Assembly (NCBI RefSeq): GCF_000354175.2
Contig: NC_022359.1
Location: 1,650,001 to 1,682,000 of the forward strand
Source: Vibrio alginolyticus NBRC 15630 = ATCC 17749
Lineage (GTDB): Bacteria; Pseudomonadota; Gammaproteobacteria; Enterobacterales; Vibrionaceae
Length of the DNA stretch: 32,000 bases
Direction of reading: 5' to 3'
The notes under the pieces were generated by a model. That model was not told where the DNA came from and ran no database searches. It saw nothing but the letters and a program-made list of their open reading frames with translations. Shown here in pieces: positions 26,301 to 32,000 of the stretch (within the stretch, counting starts at the first letter, position 1; every line of letters starts with the position of its first letter). The position numbers and the translations under genes are program-made.

Positions 26301-29300
26301 AGTCGACAACACAATCGGACCAGAAACAATTGGCGCATCGTTTACTGCTTCGAAGTTGATGTTGATGATGTTGTCGTCAGTTAGTTCACCATCTGTAACT
26401 TGGTAACCAAGCTCAATCTCACCGTAGAAGTTCTCATCTGGTGTGACTGTCCATGTACCATCGCCGTTGTCGGTTAACGTAGCGTGCTCCGCGTTATCCC
26501 CCACCAGCTCAAGGTTTTGAATATCAAGAACATCGCTATCGATATCACTCGCTTGTGCTAAAAGCTGTTCTTCTGTGATAACCACAGAGGCAAACTGCGT
26601 AGAACCTTCGGTATCAATGGTCACATTTGGCAGATCAGCCGTCAGTTCGATTTCACTGTCACCTTCTCGGATATTCAGTTCTACCGTTTCCGTGATTTCC
26701 GTGCCGTCCACGCCAATAGATGTGAACACCGCTTCATCATGACAAGTTTGCGAAACCGTCATGTTTTGAACCACGTATGTACCGTTACCTTGAATCGTAC
26801 CTAGTTCGAAGTAAGATACAGGCTCGTTCACCGTTAGGGTGTAATCCGTCTCATAGCTACCACGATCTTCTTTGTGATAAGTCATCGAGTCGATCAAGTC
26901 ACCATCAGAGTTGAATGCGCGAATTTCGACTTCCGTAAAGTGGCGAGACTCTTCCATAAACCAGCCGCCTAGACCATCTAGGTGGAAGCTGATTTCGTTG
27001 ATGTCTTGACCTTCAACGGTCACAGTCAGTTTTTCATCACCGCTCAAGCCTTGGCGGTCAGTATCGCCAATACCGTGACCGATGTGTGTTTTACCATTCC
27101 ACGCACCGAGTGGGTCATCATTACTTTGAACAGTAACTTTCAAATCGCCATCAACAAACTCACGTGTGTAAGGGTCAACAGCTGTACCCCAATCATCGAG
27201 GCTAGCGTTGTCATCAAAGGTACCAATTTTACTCGTATGCGTACCGTTCGCCAATGCATCATCGTTTGGAATGAAGCGCACTTCCGTGTCTGCAGGAACC
27301 TCCTGCCCGACTTCTAGCTGTACCCATTCGTCATTTAGATTCGCTTCAATGATGCCGTTTTCAGGGGCTTGGTCGAGACGTAACGCAGGCTCTTCACGCA
27401 GAGAAACACCCACGGTTTGGTCTTCTTCCGCTTGAATAAATATCTCGTCGCCCGCTTCTGGCGCATCGTTGACAGGGTTAACGGTCAGATCCAGCGTGGT
27501 CAGAACATCATTTTCGCCATCGCTGATGTTGTAAGTGAAGTCCAACTCTCCGTTAAAGTTTTCCGTATGCGTAATGGTGAATGAACCATCGTCATTGGCT
27601 ACGATCGTCGCATCTGGGTCATTGGTTTGTAGATTGCTGGCAACAAGGTCATCACCTTCAATATCTGTCGCATTCGCAAGCAACTGTTCTTGTGTAATGG
27701 TGATGGCATTATCTTCATCCACTTCAGCTTGAATGCCTGATGTTTCAGGTGCGTCGTTCACCGCGATAACATCGATGCCTGCGGTTGTTGTATCCGTTGC
27801 ACCATCTTGGTCGATAACTGTAACGTCGAGCGAAATGTTACCGTCAAAGTTCTCATTTGGCGTGAAGGTATATGTGCCGTCGCCATTGTCCACGAAGCTA
27901 CCGTCGTTACCAGAGTAGCTAACATTCGCCAAGGCTACATCGCCTTCCACATCAGAAGAGTTGGCTAACAACTGCTCGTCACTAATGGTGATTTGACCGT
28001 CTTCTTGAACCGTGTAAGACGTAGAACCTGCCACCGGTGGATCGTTCACTGGTGTCACGCTGACATCAATGAATGCAGGTGTTGAACCTGTGCCGTCAGA
28101 CACATCGAATGTGAACTGAACATCACCGTTGAAGTTCTCATTCGGCGCGAAGCTATAAGTGCCATCACCATTATCGGTAAGCACACCGTCCGCACCTGTG
28201 TAGAGTACGTTTTCGATAGACAGATCATCGCCATCAATATCCGATGCGCCTTCCAATAGGTCTGCATCCGTGAACAGCAAGGTGCCATCTTCTTCTACCG
28301 TGAACTGTTGATCTTGCGCTTGTGGCAAGTCATTCACAGGATTAACCGTAATATCCAGACCAACTTGTACCGAGCCACCATCGTTATCAATGATATCGAA
28401 GGTCAGATCTAGGTCGCCGTTGTAGTTTTCATCCGGTGTGATGGTGTAACTGCCATCATCGTTGTATTGAATTGTCGCGTTGTCATCTGTCGATAGATTG
28501 ATGGCTTCAAGATTCTCGCTATCAATATCGCCCGCTTTGGCAAGCAGCTGATCTTGGCTTAGCGTGATTGAGCTGTCTTCGTTGATGGTGTAAGCCAAAT
28601 CACCCGATACTGGTGGATCGTTGATTGGCAATACGTCGACATTGATGTGCGTATCAACGGTTGCCCCATTTTCATCTTGAATGGTCACATCCAACTGAAC
28701 TTGACCATTGAAGTTCTCGTTTGGTGCAAAGCTGCAAGTACCATCGCCATTGATGGTAAAGATACCATCCGAGCCTTCATAACTGATGCCAACAAGCTCT
28801 ACATCACCCTCGATATCAGATGCGTTGGCAAGAATTTGTGACTCACTGAATGTCAGTACTGAATCTTCGTCAACCGTGTAAGACGTTGGACCGGCAACTG
28901 GAGGATCATTCACTTCAATGACCGTAATGCCTGCGGTCGTTTCGTCAATCGCACCTTGCTCATCCGCCACAATCACATCAAGGCTGATATCACCACTGAA
29001 GTTCTCATTCGGCATGAAGGTGTAAGTACCGTCACCGTTGTCTTGGAATACGCCATCGGTGCCTGAATAGGTCACGCTATCGATGGACACCGCGCCTTCC
29101 ACATCCGAAGAGTTAGCCAGAAGCTGCTCGTCGGAAATCGTAATCGCATTATCTTCATCAACCGTGTAAGACGTTGAACCCGCAACCGGAGGATCGTTCA
29201 CTGGAGTGACGCTCACATCCACATTGGCAGGTACGGTCTCAGTGCCGTCAGAAACACCAAAGCTAAAGCTGACATCGCCGTTGAAGTTTTCATTTGGTGC

Positions 29301-31334
29301 AAAGGTGTAAGTACCATCACCGTGGTCAGTCAGCACACCATCGCTGCCTGTGTAGCTAATGCCATCAACCGTTAAGTTATCGCCATCGATATCGGTCGCG
29401 CCAGCAAGCAAGTCTGCATCGGTAAACTGAAGCGTGCCATCTTCTTCAACACTGAACTGCTGGTCTTGAGGAACAGGAAGATCGTTAACCGGATTAACCG
29501 TTAGATCCGCCGTTGCTTGGATAGTGTCTGTGCCGTCCGTAATGTTGAATTGGATATCAATGTCACCATTAAAGTCCGCATCTGGTGTAATCGTGAAGCT
29601 GCCATCATCGTTCGCTGTAACGGTTGCGTTTCCATCGACAGTCAAATCGCTAGCAGTCAGATCATCGCCCTCAATATCAGACGCTTGAGAAAGAAGCTGC
29701 TCTTGGCTGAGTGTAATCGCACCGTCTTCATCAACGCTATAAGCCAAATCACCCGATACTGGCGCATCATTGATTGGCAATACATTCACATTGATGACGG
29801 TATCAACTTCTGCTCCATCTTCATCTCGAATGGTCACATCAAGTTGAACTTGTCCGTTAAAGTTCTCGTTTGGCGCGAAGCTGCACGTGCCATCATCGTT
29901 AACGGTGAAAATGCCATCCGGACCATCGTAACTAATGCCAACAAGCTCTACGTCGCCTTCCACATCAGAGGCATTCAACAGCACTTGCGACTCACTAAAG
30001 GTCAGAACAGAATCTTCATCAATGGTGTAAGAAGTTGGTCCTGCGACTGGTGGATCGTTCACTTCCATTACTGTAATGCCGGCAGTGGTGACATCCGTTG
30101 CGCCTTCTTCATCAGCGACGACAACATCAAGCGTCACTTCACCATTAAAGTTTTCATTTGGAGAGAAGGTGTACGTACCGTCACCATTGATTTGCAACAC
30201 ACCATCGCTGCCAGAGTAGCTCACGCTATCAATCGAGACATCCCCTTCTAAATCCGAAGAGTTTGCCAACAGTTGCGCGTCAGAAATGGTAATAGAGTTA
30301 TCTTCGTGAACCGTGTAAGACGTTGAACCAGCCACCGGAGGATCATTCACCGGCGTAACGCTCACATCTACATTCGCTGAAACTGTATCTGTGCCATCAG
30401 ATACGTCGAAGCTGAAGTTCACATCGCCATTGAAGTTCTCATTTGGCGCAAAGCTATATGTGCCATCTCCATTGTCAGTTAGAACGCCGTCGGTGCCTTC
30501 ATAGCTGATTCCCGTTACAGAAAGGTCATCGCCTTCAATGTCGGTAGCACCTGCAAGCAGATCTGCATCAGTAAATTGAAGAGTGCCGTCCTCTTCCACA
30601 CTGAATTGTTGATCTTGAGGAACAGGCAGATCGTTGATTGGATTAACGGTTAGGTCAGCGGTTGCTTGAACGGTATTCGTGCCATCTGAGATATCGAAGC
30701 TGATATCGATATCACCATTGAAATCTGCGTCCGGCGTGATGGTGAAGCTACCATCGTCGTTTTGAGTCACCGTCGCGTTGCCATCTACCGAAAGATTAGA
30801 TGCCGTCAGTGCATCGCCTTCCACATCGGAAGCTTGCGACAACAACTGTTCTTGGCTCAAACGAATCGAGCCATCTTCATCCACTGAGTAAGCAAGATTG
30901 CCAGATACTGGCGCATCATCAACTGGCGTAACGTTAACATCAATGTTAGCAGAAACCGTATCCGTACCGTCGGACACATCAAAGCTGAAGTTCACATCAC
31001 CATTGAAGTTTTCATTTGGCGCAAAAGTGTAAGTCCCATTACCGTTGTCGGTCAGGATGCCATCGCCACCGTCGTAGCTCACACCTTCAACGGTGAGGTT
31101 ATCGCCTTCAATATCAGTAGCACCAGTAAGCAGGTCAGCGTCCGTAAAGATCAGCGTGCCATCTTCTTCCACGCTGAACTGCTGGTCTTGAGGAACCGGC
31201 AAATCGTTTATTGGGTTAACGGTTAGATCAGCGGTTGCTTGAACGGTGTTCGTGCCATCGGAAATATCGAAGCTGATGTCGATATCACCGTTGAAATCTG
31301 CGTCCGGCGTGATGGTGAAGCTACCATCGTCATT
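20352..31334 (-). CDS. giant adhesin gene, fragment 2 (~3,660 codons)
   Basis: ORF track gives 20352..31202 from an internal TTG. The same frame is open and homologous back to 31334 (NDDGSFTITPDADFNGDIDISFDISDGTNTVQATADLTVNPINDLPVPQ). It contains about 31 repeat domains plus two non-repeat modules. Confidence 0.85.
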   Translation of the reverse strand, partial: NDDGSFTITPDADFNGDIDISFDISDGTNTVQATADLTVNPINDLPVPQDQQFSVEEDGTLIFTDADLLTGATDIEGDNLTVEGVSYDGGDGILTDNGNGTYTFAPNENFNGDVNFSFDVSDGTDTVSANIDVNVTPVDDAPVSGNLAYSVDEDGSIRLSQEQLLSQASDVEGDALTASNLSVDGNATVTQNDDGSFTITPDADFNGDIDISFDISDGTNTVQATADLTVNPINDLPVPQDQQFSVEEDGTLQFTDADLLAGATDIEGDDLSVTGISYEGTDGVLTDNGDGTYSFAPNENFNGDVNFSFDVSDGTDTVSANVDVSVTPVNDPPVAGSTSYTVHEDNSITISDAQLLANSSDLEGDVSIDSVSYSGSDGVLQINGDGTYTFSPNENFNGEVTLDVVVADEEGATDVTTAGITVMEVNDPPVAGPTSYTIDEDSVLTFSESQVLLNASDVEGDVELVGISYDGPDGIFTVNDDGTCSFAPNENFNGQVQLDVTIRDEDGAEVDTVINVNVLPINDAPVSGDLAYSVDEDGAITLSQEQLLSQASDIEGDDLTASDLTVDGNATVTANDDGSFTITPDADFNGDIDIQFNITDGTDTIQATADLTVNPVNDLPVPQDQQFSVEEDGTLQFTDADLLAGATDIDGDNLTVDGISYTGSDGVLTDHGDGTYTFAPNENFNGDVSFSFGVSDGTETVPANVDVSVTPVNDPPVAGSTSYTVDEDNAITISDEQLLANSSDVEGAVSIDSVTYSGTDGVFQDNGDGTYTFMPNENFSGDISLDVIVADEQGAIDETTAGITVIEVNDPPVAGPTSYTVDEDSVLTFSESQILANASDIEGDVELVGISYEGSDGIFTINGDGTCSFAPNENFNGQVQLDVTIQDENGATVDTHINVDVLPINDPPVSGDLAYTINEDSSITLSQDQLLAKAGDIDSENLEAINLSTDDNATIQYNDDGSYTITPDENYNGDLDLTFDIIDNDGGSVQVGLDITVNPVNDLPQAQDQQFTVEEDGTLLFTDADLLEGASDIDGDDLSIENVLYTGADGVLTDNGDGTYSFAPNENFNGDVQFTFDVSDGTGSTPAFIDVSVTPVNDPPVAGSTSYTVQEDGQITISDEQLLANSSDVEGDVALANVSYSGNDGSFVDNGDGTYTFTPNENFDGNISLDVTVIDQDGATDTTTAGIDVIAVNDAPETSGIQAEVDEDNAITITQEQLLANATDIEGDDLVASNLQTNDPDATIVANDDGSFTITHTENFNGELDFTYNISDGENDVLTTLDLTVNPVNDAPEAGDEIFIQAEEDQTVGVSLREEPALRLDQAPENGIIEANLNDEWVQLEVGQEVPADTEVRFIPNDDALANGTHTSKIGTFDDNASLDDWGTAVDPYTREFVDGDLKVTVQSNDDPLGAWNGKTHIGHGIGDTDRQGLSGDEKLTVTVEGQDINEISFHLDGLGGWFMEESRHFTEVEIRAFNSDGDLIDSMTYHKEDRGSYETDYTLTVNEPVSYFELGTIQGNGTYVVQNMTVSQTCHDEAVFTSIGVDGTEITETVELNIREGDSEIELTADLPNVTIDTEGSTQFASVVITEEQLLAQASDIDSDVLDIQNLELVGDNAEHATLTDNGDGTWTVTPDENFYGEIELGYQVTDGELTDDNIININFEAVNDAPIVSGPIVLSTDEDVGITFSADDLLANASDVEGDALSISDISYSGDNGELVDNGDGTYTFMPNENFNGEVDIDYKVFDGTDEVDTHLDLTVIPVNDVPVPGAPLHTQMLENGTIIIEAKDLLSGATDVDGDILHIENLLLVDQSQGTLTDNGDNTFTFEPTSNFYGEVNLTFDISDGQASAPSTAKIDVEIVNEGPEVSGPVDAVVDEDGSITITQEDLLANATDVDGDNLEAVNLSTNDPNATIVENADGSFTITPSENFFGEIEFTYDVTDAIETVAADLNLTVNPVNDLPDVPDLSFTTEDGEAITITEAELLAQATDIEGDDLSVVNVTSLSDTVQVTDNGDGTYTLTPEQGFFGNVDLTFDVSDGTDVVAANIDLKVEFVNDAPEAAPIVADVDEDGSILVTQEMLLENASDQDGDDLYATALETNDPNASIVDNGDGTFTVTPSQNFNGDIEFTYEVSDGELSVANEMTLTVNPVNDIPIVAPGMYQIEEDGSILFTQEDLLSGAIDIDGDDLTVTSINYSGDEGTVTDNGDGTFSFVPEEHFSGDLQFSFTVSDGTDEVEQDINVHIEAVADAPDLVITDGDGRNVDDQAILVEPGGIVEVNIAAALVDQDLSETLTVTVDGVPEGSVISYDNEGVLNDQDNGITSFNDTEITVTFEGETAGYQNAAGYYKVDEDGNITGVEVVYENASQVGGGGDLIPGQDQFSFQISEGESFNLFLIPNGHNFNDFASMQDGQYEFRAADGSPANMDTVDPQLVFVGADGSETVIQSQFGDAVFHGGTSSELNQDGIEHTRTTVNEDGELVYGFEDLYGGGDADYSDFNFTIDVGEVNSQIYSGEVTVGPDGSVTLPTTAIEQELQIQLPEDFNQQLEINVTATATELSNNDSETVSQTIYVNATGAHIEHTPEALPVSAVVEEDGSILITQEDLLANARDLDGDQLTALNLATDDENITITDNGDGTYTLTPDADFNGDITFTFDVSDGDDVVSTNLELLVSPVNDAPEPQDQAFTIGEDGVLTFTDADLLTGATDIEGDDLSVEGVTYTGADGVLTDNGDGTYSFAPNENFNGDVNFTFDVSDGTDTVTANIDVSVTPENDPPVAGSTAYTVHEDNSITISNEQLLANSSDIEGEVAIDSVSYSGNDGVLEINGDGTYTFSPNENFSGEVSLDVVVVDEEGATDSTTAGITVIEVNDPPIAGPTTYTIDEDQVLTFSESQVLLNASDVEGDVELVGISYDGPDGIFSVNGDGTCSFAPNENFNGQVQLDVTIRDEDGAEVDTYITVDVLPINDAPVSGNLAYSVDEDNSITLSQEQLLAQASDVEGDALTASNLVVDGDATVTANDDGSFTITPDANFNGDIDITFDINDGSDTIVATADLTVNPVNDLPQPEDQAFTIGEDGVLTFTDQDLLDGATDIDGDDLSVEGVTYTGADGVLTDNGDGTYSFAPNENFNGDVNFTFDVSDGTDTVTANIDVSVTPENDPPVAGSTSYTVHEDNSITISDEQLLANSSDIEGDVSIDSVSYSGTDGVFQDNGDGTYTFSPNENFNGEVSLDVVVVDEDGATDSTTAGITVLEVNDPPIAGATSYSVNEDEVITISSEQLLANASDVEGEVAIDSVSYNGSDGIFTDNGDGTFSFAPNANFDGDVSLDVVVVDEDGATAATNANIDVLPINDAPVSGNLAYSVDEDNSITLSQEQLLAQASDVEGDALTASNLVVDGDATVTANDDGSFTITPDANFNGDIDITFDINDGSDTIVATADLTVNPVNDLPQPEDQAFTIGEDGVLLFTDEDLLDGATDIDGDNLSVEGVTYTGADGVLTDNGDGTYSFAPNENFNGDVNFTFDVSDGTDTVTANIDVSVTPENDPPVAGSTSYTVHEDNSITISNEQLLANSSDVEGEVAIDSVSYSGADGVFQDNGDGTYTFSPNENFNGEVSLDVVVVDEDGATDSTTAGITVLEVNDPPIAGATSYSVNEDEVITISSEQLLANCF
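23830..24320 (-). other. DUF4114-like module embedded in the giant protein
   Basis: AGYYKVDEDGNITGVEVVYEN....FLIPNG....ELVYGFEDLYGGGDADYSDFNFTIDVG. The FEDL..GGGDxDY.DF motif is the signature I associate with DUF4114. No HMM search was run. Confidence 0.5.
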
Positions 31335-32000
31335 TTTGAGTCACCGTCGCATTGCCATCTACCGAAAGGTTAGACGCCGTCAGTGCATCGCCTTCCACAT
31401 CGGAAGCTTGCGACAACAACTGCTCTTGGCTCAAACGAATCGAGCCATCTTCATCCACCGAGTAAGCAAGATTGCCAGATACTGGTGCGTCATCGACTGG
31501 CGTAACACTAACATCAATGTTGGCAGAAACCGTATCTGTACCGTCGGACACATCAAAGCTGAAGTTCACATCGCCATTGAAGTTTTCATTTGGCGCGAAA
31601 GTGTAAGTCCCATTACCGTTATCGGTCAGGATGCCGTCGCCACCATCGTAACTTACACCTTCAACTGTGAGGTTATCGCCTTCAATATCCGTTGCGCCAG
31701 CAAGCAGGTCAGCATCGGTGAAGGTCAGCGTACCATCCTCTTCAATCTCAAAGGTTTTATCTTCAGGCACTGGTGCGTCATTGATTGGACGAACAGTTAA
31801 ATCAATCGAGCTAGAAATGGTTTCTTGACCATCACTGATATCAAACGTTAAGTCGAGTTCACCATTAAAATCTGTATCAGGTGTGACGGTATAAGTGCCA
31901 TCACCATTATCCACAACGGATGCATTAGCACCCACTTGCACGTTGAATGCGGCAAGATCATCGCCATCAACATCACTCGCGTACCCGAGAAGTTGTTCTT
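27750..32000 (-). repeat. repeat array I of the giant gene: two A-D dimers (573-bp period), then A-B-C-D super-units (~1,145-1,155 bp)
   Basis: Domain-type order was read from linker signatures: A ..TPVN/DDxPVAG/VSG, B ..EVNDPPVAG, C ..LPINDxPVSG, D ..NPxNDLPxxQ. The marker STSYTV.ED recurs at ~30305, 29160 and 28005. Confidence 0.75.
31330..32000 (-). CDS. giant adhesin gene, fragment 1 (open to the window edge)
   Basis: ORF track gives 31330..31941. The frame stays open upstream to 32000 (…EQLLGYASDVDGDDLAAFNVQVGANASVV…). It ends …NATVTQK*, where the intact paralogous copy reads …NATVTQNDDGSFTITPD. Confidence 0.85.
   Translation of the reverse strand, partial: EQLLGYASDVDGDDLAAFNVQVGANASVVDNGDGTYTVTPDTDFNGELDLTFDISDGQETISSSIDLTVRPINDAPVPEDKTFEIEEDGTLTFTDADLLAGATDIEGDNLTVEGVSYDGGDGILTDNGNGTYTFAPNENFNGDVNFSFDVSDGTDTVSANIDVSVTPVDDAPVSGNLAYSVDEDGSIRLSQEQLLSQASDVEGDALTASNLSVDGNATVTQK

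Larger units (their letters stand above)
12311..32000 (-). pseudogene. giant cadherin-like / tandem-95-type repeat adhesin gene (>6,560 codons in the window, 5' end beyond 32000), frame broken by two 1-nt insertions
   Basis: Three consecutive minus-strand ORFs (31330..>32000, 20352..31334, 12311..20359) join seamlessly at the protein level once one base is removed at each junction. Both junctions fall inside otherwise conserved repeat domains. Linker motifs such as P[VI]ND[APL]P recur about every 95 aa, about 54 times. The DNGDGT[YFW][ST]F.P..NF.G core recurs throughout. The product is extremely acidic. Confidence 0.85.

Noticed and set aside
20352-31340. Programmed +1 ribosomal frameshifting, prfB-like. 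Both breaks end in UGA-C (UUC UGA C and AAA UGA C), and a +1 slip at the stop would restore the frame.
   Set aside because: The UGA-C context follows automatically from a 1-nt insertion shortly upstream of a T-GAC (x-Asp) codon pair in an Asp-rich gene. The P-site codons UUC and AAA re-pair poorly in +1 (UCU, AAU). I saw no SD-like stimulator upstream. Paralogous repeats encode the same peptide without any shift.
12323-31800. Dozens of plus-strand ORFs (60-244 aa) inside the giant gene, e.g. 29517..30251, 31246..31800 and 14091..14471. Several are near-identical to each other (16980..17162, 18129..18311, 23008..23190).
   Set aside because: They are antisense shadow frames of the repeat gene. 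Their recurrence simply mirrors the 1,149-bp coding repeat. They lack start contexts, have low-complexity S/T/P/V- or I/R/N-rich compositions, and each lies entirely within a strongly supported minus-strand frame.
14985-32000. Regularly spaced repeats that might be mistaken for a CRISPR array or satellite DNA.
   Set aside because: The period is ~288 nt / 1,149 nt and everything is in one open reading frame with protein-level conservation. There is no short direct repeat/spacer architecture and no cas genes in the window.
12311-32000. Calling the giant protein an RTX toxin or MARTX.
   Set aside because: There are no tandem GGxGxDxUx nonapeptides; I saw only a single GGTGGD. There are no MARTX-type A/B/C repeats and no effector, CPD or acyltransferase-associated features in the visible 6,500 residues. 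The repeat chemistry is cadherin/Ig-like adhesin type.

Overview
The window looks like a Vibrionaceae-type chromosomal segment; I infer this from protein similarity judged by eye and ran no search. It has two parts.

(1) Positions 1-12.3 kb hold ordinary, mostly monocistronic genes, several ending in clear rho-independent terminators. In order they are:
- a partial SAM-dependent methyltransferase
- a divergent LysR regulator
- a CDF-like transporter
- an EamA/DMT exporter
- a 49-codon acidic ORF followed by elbB
- a YiaY/AdhB-type iron alcohol dehydrogenase
- a PQQ-type soluble sugar dehydrogenase
- a HAD hydrolase broken by a 1-nt insertion
- an IS200-type (tnpA-only) insertion
- dps
- a methyl-accepting chemotaxis protein
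- a 117-aa orphan gene
- a 269-bp element with nested inverted repeats

(2) Positions 12,311 to the window edge (19.7 kb, minus strand) are a single giant gene of more than 6,500 codons. Its 5' end lies outside the window. It is built from about 55 cadherin-like ('tandem-95'-type) domains of roughly 95 aa each.
- The domains are organised into a 4-domain, 1,149-bp higher-order repeat.
- Three non-repeat modules punctuate the array; one has a DUF4114-like GGGDxDYSDF motif.
- The protein ends in an acidic low-complexity tail with no tandem RTX nonapeptides.
- The reading frame is broken twice by single-base insertions. Comparison with intact paralogous repeats places them at base 20360 and in the T5 run 31333-31337.

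I found no defence system, CRISPR array, rRNA or tRNA. The most unusual content is the architecture and interruption of the giant adhesin-like gene and the structured 269-bp element just downstream of it. With the HAD gene, the window carries three +1 frame breaks, so consensus indel error must be excluded before reading any of them biologically.
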